This document shows, one piece after another, positions 1-9,846 of a DNA stretch of 64,000 bases (its first letter is position 1; the number at the start of each line of letters is the position of its first letter). This DNA is from Thermoplasmata archaeon (GTDB taxonomy: Archaea > Thermoplasmatota > Thermoplasmata > Halarchaeoplasmatales > Halarchaeoplasmataceae): contig PUNK01000035.1 of assembly GCA_003552585.1 (NCBI GenBank), positions 93-64,092 on the forward strand, given 5' to 3'. The notes below the pieces were generated by a model that saw only the letters and a program-made list of their open reading frames with translations, did not search any database and was not told where the DNA came from. Both the position numbers and the translations under genes were made by a program.

Positions 1-288
1 GCCAGGTTGGTTGCTTTTTAGTAGGAGTGTCTTGGTGCCTGAGGGAAAGGGACCCTTAGTACGAGAGGAACAGGGTCTCGCAGCCACTAGTCTACCAGTT
101 GTCCGACAGGGCAGAAGCTGGGTAGCCACGCTGTATGAAGATAAAGGCTGAAAGCATCTAAGCCTGAACCTTTTCCTGAAACGAGGCACCTAAAGACTCC
201 TGTAGAAGACGGGTTTGATAGAACCGGGGTGTAAGTACGAAGCTTCGGCGACGTATTCAGCCCACGGTTACTAAACGTCTGGACTGCC
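1..288 (+). rRNA. rrl: 23S rRNA, 3' end (partial; 3' boundary approximate)
   Basis: Sarcin-ricin loop AGTACGAGAGGAAC at 58-71, GCTGAAAGCATCTAAG from 147, and archaeal-type terminal helices. Confidence 0.97.
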
Positions 289-310
289 GTTTACATTTTG
301 GGCTGGTCAT

Positions 311-341
311 CAGACAGGTCTGCGTGTGTGTTGTTTTTTTT
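311..341 (+). terminator. Short inverted repeat plus oligo-T tract after 23S rRNA
   Basis: CAGAC-AG-GTCTG at 311-322, then T8 at 334-341. Confidence 0.45.
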
Positions 342-729
342 ACCACAAACCGTATGGCGTAGTTGCATCTATCGAGAGATGAGATATATAACCCAACAAA
401 AAATAATAAAGGAATAACACTCCATAATGTGTCCTTTTCAAGATCGCTAAAAGGGAGATGCACCATAATATTAACAAGATCATAAACAATAATCTGCTGT
501 GGGCAAAACGACGGTGGCGCGAGGAAAACGGCGGATCTAAAATATCTGGTAATATAGCTCCTGAAACAGTTCCTCCTAACATCAGAATGATCGTTAGAAA
601 TGAAGAACCAAGCAAGGAGTATATTATACCGGTCAATGAAGGTAAGTTCATAGTCCGTAGTACTTTCAAAAGCACGAACCCGATGATCCCGAATAAAAGT
701 CCGAATAGGATGTGTGTATTTCTACGCAT
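340..729 (-). CDS. Membrane-bound metal-dependent hydrolase (YdjM-like)
   Basis: N-terminal TH, LPDILD, HRRFAHS and GYISHLSID motifs separated by hydrophobic helices. Confidence 0.8.
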   Translation of the reverse strand: MRRNTHILFGLLFGIIGFVLLKVLRTMNLPSLTGIIYSLLGSSFLTIILMLGGTVSGAILPDILDPPFSSRHRRFAHSRLLFMILLILWCISLLAILKRTHYGVLFLYYFLLGYISHLSIDATTPYGLW

Positions 730-841
730 ATTACCGCATTAAAAAAGATATATTTATAGAGGACAGATAGAGGTGTGTGAAAGTAAAAAGGAGATCATGT
801 TTGGATAGATTTTTTATATGTGCAAAGCGTCTGCCAGTTGG

Positions 842-1981
842 ATGACCGAACGAGATGATAAACCGGAAGAAGATTACGTGTTGACTCCCTGGGAGGTCAA
901 AGGCAGTATCGATTATGAACAATTGATAAAAAAATTTGGCACCGAGAAGATCGACGAGGAGCTTCTTTCAAGGATAGAAAACATAGCCGGGGAACTGCAC
1001 TTCATGCTCAGGCGAGGGATATTTTACTCTCACAGAGATATGAAATGGATTTTAGATGAATATGAAAAGGATAATAAGTTTGTTTTATATACCGGTCGGG
1101 GCCCCTCAGGCCACACTCACGTAGGTCATCTGATGCCGTGGATATTTGCGAGGTGGATACAAGAGCGTTTTGATGTTGAACTTTACTTTCAGTTGACAGA
1201 TGATGAAAAATATCTGTTCAACTTTGACATGGAGCTCGAAGACACTCATGATTTCGCATTAGAGAACGCTTTAGATATCATAGCTATTGGTTTTGATCCC
1301 GATAAAACGCATATCCTTATAGATACAGATGATATAGACACGCTTTATCCTCTAGCACTTAAAGCCGCAAAGAGGATAAATTTTTCAACCGTAAAAGCAG
1401 TGTTTGGATTTGACAATTCCACCAACGTTGGAGGTATATTTTACACCTCTATTCAATCCGCCCCATGTTTTTTACCTTCGGAGTTGGAGGATAGAAAGGT
1501 TCCAGTTGTGATACCATGTGGGATAGACCAGGACGCCCATTTTAGGGTGACTAGGGATATCGCTGAAACCTTGGGCTATTACAAGCCAGCCCTCCTCCAC
1601 AACAAGTTGGCGCCCTCACTTGACGGCTCAGGAAAGATGTCAGCTAGCATACCTAACACCACCATATTCACTACTGATACGGGTGACGAGGTAGACCGCA
1701 AGATCGACGAGGCTATCACCGGTGGAAGGATATCAGCAAAAGAACAGAGGGAAAAAGGTGGAAATCCCGATATCTGTGCGGTGCAGAATTATAGATTTTA
1801 CCTTTTTGAAGAAGACGACAGACGAGTTGCTGAAATCGCAGATAGATGTAGGTCGGGCGATCTACTGTGTGGAGAGTGTAAGGGATTGTTGAAGGACAAT
1901 ATCAAATCGTTTTTAGAAAGGCATCAAAAGAGAAGGGAAAAGGCGAGAGAACAGCTGCAGGATTTTCTTTTTGAAAACTGA
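842..1981 (+). CDS. trpS: Tryptophanyl-tRNA synthetase (archaeal type)
   Basis: TPWEV, YTGRGPSG, HVGH (HIGH), IPCGIDQD, KMSAS and C-terminal CGECK; ORF track starts at 818, ATG 842 preferred. Confidence 0.97.
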   Translation: MTERDDKPEEDYVLTPWEVKGSIDYEQLIKKFGTEKIDEELLSRIENIAGELHFMLRRGIFYSHRDMKWILDEYEKDNKFVLYTGRGPSGHTHVGHLMPWIFARWIQERFDVELYFQLTDDEKYLFNFDMELEDTHDFALENALDIIAIGFDPDKTHILIDTDDIDTLYPLALKAAKRINFSTVKAVFGFDNSTNVGGIFYTSIQSAPCFLPSELEDRKVPVVIPCGIDQDAHFRVTRDIAETLGYYKPALLHNKLAPSLDGSGKMSASIPNTTIFTTDTGDEVDRKIDEAITGGRISAKEQREKGGNPDICAVQNYRFYLFEEDDRRVAEIADRCRSGDLLCGECKGLLKDNIKSFLERHQKRREKAREQLQDFLFEN

Positions 1982-2078
1982 ATAGCTGAATTATATGCTG
2001 GCATTTGTTCTTGAAAGAAAAACTTATATATAGTAGAGGCAACATGAGTTTGTTCTACCCGATTCAAGGTGAAATCAG

Positions 2079-5000
2079 ATGCGATTCAGTATGCCAAAGC
2101 TAGGTGACAAACGAGAAAAAAAGGACAAGGATGAATCTACCTTCTTTGAAGACAGATGGGGAACTATAATATGTCTTGTAGGTATTTTTATCCTGGCCTT
2201 CTTTGTACGGACATATTTTGCGTTCGAGCTATCGACTAAATTTGGAACCCCGTATCTACTTACAGGTGGTTCCGACGCTTATTATTATGAGAGGATCGTA
2301 GAATATATCGCATTCAACAACCGTCACCTGCTTCATGACAACATGCTAAATTATCCTCTAGGTCTTACGAATCCCCGACCCCCTATGTTTGGTTGGACGA
2401 CCGCATTGAGTGCTTATTTTATATACCCTTTTGTCGGTGATCTTACCCAGGCAGTTCATTATTCATTCATCTTATCCACGGGATTCTGGGGAGCTCTGAC
2501 GATCTTTCCAACATACCTTGTGGGAAGAGATACCTTCGGAAAGAAGGCGGGGATCGCAGCAGCATTCCTTTTAGCGATAAGCGCCGGGCATCTTCAGAGA
2601 AGTATCATAGGCAATGGTGACCACGACGCGATATATCTTTTCTTTATCGTTGCAGGTTTTTACTTCTTCATGAAGGCTCTGAAAGGCATCCCTGAGGATA
2701 AAGTGTGGGTAAAAGATTGGAAAGTTAGAAAGGATATAAAGAAAGGGATAAACGAATTCGTATCCGGAAACAAACGTTCACTTCTTTACGCCGCCATGGC
2801 CGGTATGTGTGTGGCAACTGTAGCTCTCAGCTGGCAGGGTTATGCCTACGTGTTTGTGATCATCTTAGCATATTATTATGTCCAATTATTCATCGACAAG
2901 TTTAGATACAGAGATTCTTTGGGTGTCACATTCTGTGTAGGAATAGTGTTATCGATGGCACTCCTTTTGGCGGCACCATTTTATCTTACCTCCGGAGTAG
3001 GTGCTCGCTTACCCGATGCAGTTGGGATATGGTACGATGTACCCCTGATATTGACGATAATCGCGATGGTCGGAGGGGTGTTCTTGACAATATCCCGGGA
3101 CTATCCCTGGGTCCTTGTATTTTCTACCATGGCTGCGGTTATAGCAGGTGTTCTGTTTTACGCAGTATACATAAATCCAGCTTTCATGACTGCTCTCACC
3201 ACCGGTGCAGGTTACTTCGTAAGAACACCGGCGATAGAGACGATCGCGGAGGCTCAGGCACCAGAGTTCAGCAACCTCGTTTTATCCTTCGGTCCGGCCA
3301 GCTTTTTCTTATCTGTAGCAGGTATAGCGCTGGCTATATGGAACCTGAAGGGAAAGTGGACCACCGATTTCTTATTCATATTGGTTTGGACCGCCTTTGC
3401 AATATATATGGCCACATCCGCTGCAAGGTTCATCTTCAACGGGTCACCTGCGTTCGCTTTGACCGCTGGTTGGGTCATCGCCATCATAGTGGATAGGACC
3501 GAGTTCAATACGTTGTATGATAGAGTGAAAAGTTTCAGAGGCGACTTAGTAATTGGTTTGAAAAGAGGTGTAAAAGCCCGCCATGTGATCACTGCTTTGT
3601 TCTTAGTATTCTTGATAATGTTGCCTAACGTGATGTATGGTTTTGATGCAGGCATACCCTTCGAAGAGAAAGGAAGGTACGATGATCAAATTCACAGCAG
3701 CCTCCCAGAGTTCATGCGTCCGGATGCAGATGACGAGAGACAGCAGAATTGGCACCTTGGCGCCTTCGGTTATGGTCTGGATAAACCAACCGATTACTGG
3801 CCTGCAGCTTGGGAATGGTTAGATGAAAAGAATTCACACATCCCTCCTGAACAAAGGCCAGGGTTTATGAGCTGGTGGGATTACGGTTTTGAATCGGTCC
3901 AAAGAGGAAAGCATCCCACAGCGGCTGACAACTTCCTTTCCGGACATAGGTTTGCTGGAAATATATTGATGTCCCAGAACGAGACCGAGATGGTATCGCT
4001 CATGTTGGTAAGGATGCTTGAAGCTCCGGTGAGGGAGGATGGAGGATTAGAAGGTGATATCCGAACCATCTTGGAGAATCACTTGGGCAGAGAAAAGACC
4101 GATCACCTTGAAGATGTTATGTTGAATCGGGAAGAATATCGAGAAGTGGTTTTATCCAATCCAGATATATATCGTCCAAGGGCCGAGGATATGCATCCTC
4201 AAAATGTGATGTATGCAAAAACGATGGGTCTGCTTGCCACCGAAGAATTGGACACTATAACTGATATATATAGGGAGATCACGGATGAGATGGGCAAATT
4301 ACTAAAATATCTTGCGGTCGATACACGGCTCTTCCCCATGTCTGCGAGGCAGACAGGTATATTCTATGCTCCTGCTAAACTTTCAGGACACAGGATCGGT
4401 GGAGAAGCTCAGGCCAGAACACCCATCGATTTCTTTACCATATTATATGTAGATGAACAGGGTAATGAATATGAAGACCCGGATGATATACCACCAGAGG
4501 TTCGGATAGTTGATTATAAAATCGATTATACCGATATGTTCTATAATACCGCACTTTACAGGGTCTTTGTAGGATACGCAAATCATTGGGTCGGTGCAGA
4601 CGAGGGCATCCCTGGTCTAGGGGAGGAACAACAGCAACAACAACCTCAACAACAGCAGGAACAACCGATGCCTGGTTGGGGTCTGGAACACTTTAGAATA
4701 GCTACTAGAACAGCATATTACAACCCGTATCCTCATGAAGAAGTACGTGACCATCCCGAAGCATGGAGAGCAGTTTCGCTACAAGAGGCTTTAGAGTATC
4801 AGGAACGAGGAGAGGGCACTGTTGACTTGAGTGCACAGAGTTATATGAGGCAGGGTGTTGTTATCCTGGAATATTCACATGGTGCTCTTGTATCCGGAAG
4901 GGTGACTACCGAGGATGGCACTCCTATCCCTGAAGCCCGGGTCACGGTGACCGATGAATACGGCACTCCACATCACGTAAGCTATACTGATCAAGAAGGT

Positions 5001-8000
5001 AATTATGAGGTCAAAGCCCCTAGAGGTGAGATCAGTATTCATGTAACCACAGGTGGTCAAGAAGGGGAGGCGCCTGGACATGATACAGAACCTCCACTTA
5101 CAAGGAGTGGCGATGAGATAACGTTTGAAGATAATCCTGAAGATGAGTTCGAGTTGCCTCCAGGAGAAGAGATGCCTCCTATTGAGGAGATGCCACCTGA
5201 GGAAGAGATGCCACCGATTGATCAACCCCCTGTTGAAGAACCACCGGAAGAACCTTTAGACCAACAAAAGCTGACGAAAACTGAAAATATCGTATTGGCC
5301 TCGACTACACTTGAAATATCAGAAGAACAGGCCATGAGAAGGAAAAGGGATAGAACAGGAGACGGTCGATGGGATTATTTGATAAGAGAAGACATGACAG
5401 TTCCTGCCGGTGAGATCGATGTTAATGTATTCATCGATGTTGACGACAGTGAAGAATATTCACCAGAGCATGATACATTGGTCCCCTCTTCTATAACAAT
5501 AGAAAACGAGAGACACGGAGTTAGAAGGGAATCTGGCCCAACGGATGGAAGTCACACATTCTCCGGATTAATACCTGGAGTTTACAAGTTAAATACCGAT
5601 GTTGGCACGGAAGAGGTCGAAGTTTATGTTCAGCCAGGGGAAACAGCTACCGAAGACATAGCTGTAGACACATCTCATCTTGAGGGTAGTGTAGAGGTCG
5701 ACGAAGACATAGATTACTCAGATATACGTCTTTATCTCGAGGAAAAGGATGGGGATGAGTACTGGAGTACCACAATAGATGATCAAGGAAATTATACCTT
5801 TTCTAATGTCTATCCTGGAACCTATACTCTCGGGGTTGAAGAAGATGAATTTACCCTTAGAGGAGGACCGTTGGTGGTTGAGCTGCAAAGAGGGGAGACG
5901 GAGGAAAGGATATTAAACATCACGCATGCTCAGATAATAGAAGGAGAAGCAGTAAAAGAAGATTCAGTAATAACTAACCAGCGTATTTCCATCTCCGGAA
6001 TAGGAGATCATGATTACTATCATACGATAAGAACTGACGAATCTGGACAATTCAGGGTCAAACTTCCGGAAGGGGTTTACTCTATCTACGGACTTAATCA
6101 GAGGAATGAAGATAAGTTTGCACATCTAGGTCATCTTAACGCTCCTTACGAAGGGACATATAGAGCTGAATTTACACGTGCATTTAGATTACGTGGAAGA
6201 GTTGAGATCGATCAACAGCCTGTGGATCAGTTCAACCTGTTTATAACGAGCGAAGAAGATGGCGAGATGGAGTTGAAAACCAACTCAAAGGGGATGTTCA
6301 GTGTTGTTTTACCTTCGGACGAGTATTACATCTATGGATGGCACATAGAGTTGGATGCATCATTATTCTACTCCGGCTCTATCACACTAAATTCGGACAC
6401 AACTTATAATTTAGAAACAGAATTTGGAAGGATAGTGAGAGGAGTAACTTATAGAGAGACTGGAGAAAGTATTGAACCGGAAGAAAACTTGCCTATATCT
6501 ACTCAGATAGAGTTGATAATCGACGGTCAATCCACCCGGTTAAGATCGGCAAGGGACGGTAGCTTCACCGTGGTAATACCTGATAGGGATACAGAGATCC
6601 GATTTGAAAAACATGGATATTATGAGAAAGTAAAAACCGTCGAAACTGGAGAGGAATTTGATACGGATCTCTATTTAAGAGCTAAGAATGTGACAGTTGA
6701 GGGATCTACCGTTTTCGCACATGACGGTATAGTTCCTGACGGTATACCGGTTGTTTTTGAACCCATCGATGAATGGGGTATGAAAACCCAAGTCGATACG
6801 ATTGATGGAGAATACCTATTAGAAGTACACCCTGGCAGATACGAGGTGTCCGTCCAATATTCTCCCGAGGATCATGTGCGGTATATTGCTTCTGAAGAGA
6901 TAGAGATATTACCCGGAGAGAACGTCGAATTACCTTTGACACTCAAATATGCAGTAAGGATCCATGGATCTATTCAAGACAACCAAGGTGTAGAGCAATA
7001 TGCAAACATAACTTTCCAGGGTGAATATGAGGAAGAGATACGTGCTGATGGTAGCTACGAGATATACTTACCAACTGGAAGTTATTCATATTGGGCGAAG
7101 GGAGAAGATGAAGAAATGGTAGGAACGGGATCCTTCGAAGAAGATGAGCCCAAACAGGTAAACTTAACTTTGGAAGAAGCTGTTGTCTTCAACCCCTTGG
7201 TAAGATACGATGAAGAGCCTAGGGAAGGAATTCCCGTCGAATTCCAGAATATTGATTCAGGATTTTCATTCAATCATACAACGGATGTAGATGGTGGTTT
7301 CGAAGCTCTTTTAGCACCTGGTCAATATTCTGTATCCGTTGACCATATAACCACCGAACCTGTACGAGGTGTGACAAGAAAGGTTCATTATACTTATAGT
7401 GAAGAATATAATGTTGTAGGATCTACTTCTCCTCATATCCCACTTGAAAGAGAGTTTATAAATGCAACATTATATGGAACAGTAGCATTGGAAGATGAGG
7501 TTTTGGAAGGTGTGGAAGTGACCTTTGAAGCACTCTCCCCCGAGGCCATGTCTAAATCTACGGTAACTACCACTGGTGGACATTTCGAGATCGAGTTGTC
7601 GAAGGGCATGTATAGTGTTTATACCGTGTATGAAACCAGTATAGGGCACTTTGCAGCATTCCATGAGTTCGTTATGACTGACGAGGATGATGAGTTAGAT
7701 ATATCCTTGGAAAGAGCTAGAACATTATACGGTGCGGTATTCGCAGAGGGAGAGCGTTTGGAATCGGAAGTTTTGATCCGTTCAGAGGATGGTCTACAAC
7801 TGACTCTTGAAACGGACAGTAACGGAGAATATTTCACCGCCCTTCCTGAAGGTTTTTATACTATAGAAGTTACAGCTGAAATGGAACGAGAGATAATCGG
7901 TCTTACACAGTACAGAAAGAGTGAACAGGTCGATCTTCAATTCAATACGGAAAGAGATATAGAACTAGAGAAGGTAGAAGAATACGGTATAGAGATAGGT

Positions 8001-8777
8001 GAGGTCCGAGAAAAGTCAGCAAGACCAGGAGATACACTTGTCTACGATGTATCGATCAAAAATACCGGTAACGTGCATGATGACTTCATTATATCTGATA
8101 TGGATGCAGTATGGGATATGGAATTTGATCCAGATCAATTCTCATTGGATCCTCAGCAATCTAGGTCTGTCAGGATAAAGCTCCATGTGCACGAGAATGC
8201 CTCCGTAAGCCACCCACCAATACGTTTTGAAGTTGAATCGTTGAGTTCTGGTGAGACAGAAAGCCGAACAATCCGTGTGAATGTAGCTCAACATCACGGT
8301 GTTGAACTTCATCCTGAAGTTAGCAGCAAAGAAGTAAGAGATGGTAAAATAATTTATACGATACCGCTAGAAAACACAGGAAACGGCGAAGATACATATT
8401 CTCTTTATATACGAAACAGACCTAATTTAGAGACGCTTGGGTGGGACGTGTCTTTGGACAATCGTACTGTTGAGGCTAATGATGGTGAGATAGCCGATGT
8501 CGAGATAATCTTAACTCCAATCACATCTAGACCATCTGGACGAGTGAGGCTCGAAATAGAAGCAGTTTCTCAGGGGGATAATTCAGTCAGATATACGGAG
8601 AATTATCACATGGAGGTGCCTGCTATAACTTCAGATCCAGGAACTTTATTTTTGGTTGGGGAAGGGATCTTCCTTGAAAGAGAACCCTTCGAACTTAGCA
8701 GAATTCACTGGGCATTGATAATAATCGGTGTGGTGATCGCCGGTATATACGTTGCACGTAAGAGGAGGTGGTTCTAG
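2079..8777 (+). CDS. aglB: Oligosaccharyltransferase AglB/STT3 fused to ~1250 aa of carboxypeptidase-regulatory-like/Ig-like repeats with a C-terminal TM anchor
   Basis: Multi-TM N-terminus with GSDAYY, DHD, TIAE and WWDYG motifs; repeated T(D)xxGx(Y/F)xxxLxxGxY units; NTGNxxDx(F/Y) domains; C-terminal TM plus RKRR. Confidence 0.9.
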   Translation: MRFSMPKLGDKREKKDKDESTFFEDRWGTIICLVGIFILAFFVRTYFAFELSTKFGTPYLLTGGSDAYYYERIVEYIAFNNRHLLHDNMLNYPLGLTNPRPPMFGWTTALSAYFIYPFVGDLTQAVHYSFILSTGFWGALTIFPTYLVGRDTFGKKAGIAAAFLLAISAGHLQRSIIGNGDHDAIYLFFIVAGFYFFMKALKGIPEDKVWVKDWKVRKDIKKGINEFVSGNKRSLLYAAMAGMCVATVALSWQGYAYVFVIILAYYYVQLFIDKFRYRDSLGVTFCVGIVLSMALLLAAPFYLTSGVGARLPDAVGIWYDVPLILTIIAMVGGVFLTISRDYPWVLVFSTMAAVIAGVLFYAVYINPAFMTALTTGAGYFVRTPAIETIAEAQAPEFSNLVLSFGPASFFLSVAGIALAIWNLKGKWTTDFLFILVWTAFAIYMATSAARFIFNGSPAFALTAGWVIAIIVDRTEFNTLYDRVKSFRGDLVIGLKRGVKARHVITALFLVFLIMLPNVMYGFDAGIPFEEKGRYDDQIHSSLPEFMRPDADDERQQNWHLGAFGYGLDKPTDYWPAAWEWLDEKNSHIPPEQRPGFMSWWDYGFESVQRGKHPTAADNFLSGHRFAGNILMSQNETEMVSLMLVRMLEAPVREDGGLEGDIRTILENHLGREKTDHLEDVMLNREEYREVVLSNPDIYRPRAEDMHPQNVMYAKTMGLLATEELDTITDIYREITDEMGKLLKYLAVDTRLFPMSARQTGIFYAPAKLSGHRIGGEAQARTPIDFFTILYVDEQGNEYEDPDDIPPEVRIVDYKIDYTDMFYNTALYRVFVGYANHWVGADEGIPGLGEEQQQQQPQQQQEQPMPGWGLEHFRIATRTAYYNPYPHEEVRDHPEAWRAVSLQEALEYQERGEGTVDLSAQSYMRQGVVILEYSHGALVSGRVTTEDGTPIPEARVTVTDEYGTPHHVSYTDQEGNYEVKAPRGEISIHVTTGGQEGEAPGHDTEPPLTRSGDEITFEDNPEDEFELPPGEEMPPIEEMPPEEEMPPIDQPPVEEPPEEPLDQQKLTKTENIVLASTTLEISEEQAMRRKRDRTGDGRWDYLIREDMTVPAGEIDVNVFIDVDDSEEYSPEHDTLVPSSITIENERHGVRRESGPTDGSHTFSGLIPGVYKLNTDVGTEEVEVYVQPGETATEDIAVDTSHLEGSVEVDEDIDYSDIRLYLEEKDGDEYWSTTIDDQGNYTFSNVYPGTYTLGVEEDEFTLRGGPLVVELQRGETEERILNITHAQIIEGEAVKEDSVITNQRISISGIGDHDYYHTIRTDESGQFRVKLPEGVYSIYGLNQRNEDKFAHLGHLNAPYEGTYRAEFTRAFRLRGRVEIDQQPVDQFNLFITSEEDGEMELKTNSKGMFSVVLPSDEYYIYGWHIELDASLFYSGSITLNSDTTYNLETEFGRIVRGVTYRETGESIEPEENLPISTQIELIIDGQSTRLRSARDGSFTVVIPDRDTEIRFEKHGYYEKVKTVETGEEFDTDLYLRAKNVTVEGSTVFAHDGIVPDGIPVVFEPIDEWGMKTQVDTIDGEYLLEVHPGRYEVSVQYSPEDHVRYIASEEIEILPGENVELPLTLKYAVRIHGSIQDNQGVEQYANITFQGEYEEEIRADGSYEIYLPTGSYSYWAKGEDEEMVGTGSFEEDEPKQVNLTLEEAVVFNPLVRYDEEPREGIPVEFQNIDSGFSFNHTTDVDGGFEALLAPGQYSVSVDHITTEPVRGVTRKVHYTYSEEYNVVGSTSPHIPLEREFINATLYGTVALEDEVLEGVEVTFEALSPEAMSKSTVTTTGGHFEIELSKGMYSVYTVYETSIGHFAAFHEFVMTDEDDELDISLERARTLYGAVFAEGERLESEVLIRSEDGLQLTLETDSNGEYFTALPEGFYTIEVTAEMEREIIGLTQYRKSEQVDLQFNTERDIELEKVEEYGIEIGEVREKSARPGDTLVYDVSIKNTGNVHDDFIISDMDAVWDMEFDPDQFSLDPQQSRSVRIKLHVHENASVSHPPIRFEVESLSSGETESRTIRVNVAQHHGVELHPEVSSKEVRDGKIIYTIPLENTGNGEDTYSLYIRNRPNLETLGWDVSLDNRTVEANDGEIADVEIILTPITSRPSGRVRLEIEAVSQGDNSVRYTENYHMEVPAITSDPGTLFLVGEGIFLEREPFELSRIHWALIIIGVVIAGIYVARKRRWF
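4629..4664 (+). repeat. CAA/CAG tract encoding QQQQQPQQQQEQ in AglB
   Basis: caacagcaacaacaacctcaacaacagcaggaacaa. Confidence 0.85.
5166..5219 (+). repeat. Three imperfect 18-bp tandem repeats encoding EEMPP(I/E) in AglB
   Basis: gaagagatgcctcctatt / gaggagatgccacctgag / gaagagatgccaccgatt. Confidence 0.85.
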
Positions 8778-9557
8778 TTGCCTCACAATAAAGTATTCTC
8801 TTATTTTTTACTCTTAAGTATGCTCTTGTCCTTGCTTTTGATCCCCTCATCTACAAGAGCTTTCTCTCAACAAGGTGTTGATATCCATATTGATGGTCCT
8901 ACTGAGGTTTTTGTTCAGAAGACTGAGGAATTCAAAATCGAGATTAGAGGTGAATTTGCAACTCAAGAAGCTATCAATTGGAGTATAGAGATTCAAGAAA
9001 CGATGGGAGTGCATATAGAACCGATGACTGACGATTCCACGGAGAGCAATGTATTTTATGTTGATATCACCCCTTTGGAGGAAGACACTTTTACGATCCC
9101 TGTGAAAGGATACTGTTCTGATGGGGAGGAAGTCAGGTATAGTGAGACAAACATAGTTATTGAAACCAAAGAACCCAAAGTTCTAACGTTAGAGGTAAAA
9201 AATTCTCATGACTACAAAATAGACCGTGTAAGGGTCGGTCTTTACATAGACGATACACTTGTTAGGATTCAGAATGTCAACGATCTCGAGCCTAACGAGA
9301 CAAGGATGGTTGAGATATATTGGACCAAAGAAGATCTAGAGCCGGGAGAACATACTCTTGAAGTTTGGTTGGACTACGGACTCCATGGTGAAGATAGATT
9401 CGTTAGAGGAGAACAACTAATCAGCCGCACCTTTCATGTAGAGAGAGATCGAAATTACACGTGGATCATATTAGGTGTGATCGCTGCGGTGTCTGGAGTT
9501 ATATTCTTCCTTTATTATCACTCTAAAAAGAAAAGAAAGAGCAGAAGACCATGGTGA
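8778..9557 (+). CDS. Secreted CARDB/Ig-like protein with C-terminal TM anchor
   Basis: Signal peptide, V.N...LEPNE...W....LEPGEHTLEV CARDB-like pattern, TM plus basic tail; TTG start abuts the aglB stop. Confidence 0.75.
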   Translation: MPHNKVFSYFLLLSMLLSLLLIPSSTRAFSQQGVDIHIDGPTEVFVQKTEEFKIEIRGEFATQEAINWSIEIQETMGVHIEPMTDDSTESNVFYVDITPLEEDTFTIPVKGYCSDGEEVRYSETNIVIETKEPKVLTLEVKNSHDYKIDRVRVGLYIDDTLVRIQNVNDLEPNETRMVEIYWTKEDLEPGEHTLEVWLDYGLHGEDRFVRGEQLISRTFHVERDRNYTWIILGVIAAVSGVIFFLYYHSKKKRKSRRPW

Positions 9558-9579
9558 TGAAGTCTCATCTAAATCTTCT

Positions 9580-9770
9580 CTAAGATCTTCCGTTAGAATT
9601 TATGATCTGGGTTTTTCGCCCTTCCTTAGGAAGTTTTCTTAAAGAGGGTGATCTCATCTGGAATTTAAGGGATGTTTTCAGACCACCTCCTAATGCATAG
9701 CCATCTGTTGAGGTAATCACTGTTTTATTCATCTGTCTCATAAGAGCAAATATTTCCTCCTCTCTAATTG
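9580..9770 (-). pseudogene. Degenerate enoyl-CoA hydratase (crotonase) fragment
   Basis: Minus frame reads EEIFALMRQMNKTVITSTDGYALGGGLKTSLKFQMR, resembling the crotonase signature KPVIAAINGYALGGGLELALxCDIR; the rest of the gene is absent. Confidence 0.55.
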
Positions 9771-9846
9771 ACAGCGAGCTTCTTCACGTTCCGAAGATTG
9801 TGAGGAGGAGTAAAACATACTTATAATGGTTATCTAATTAACCACC

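Noticed and set aside
257-922. ORFs 257-466, 458-742 and 731-922
   Set aside because: Overlap rRNA, the hydrolase or trpS; no motifs
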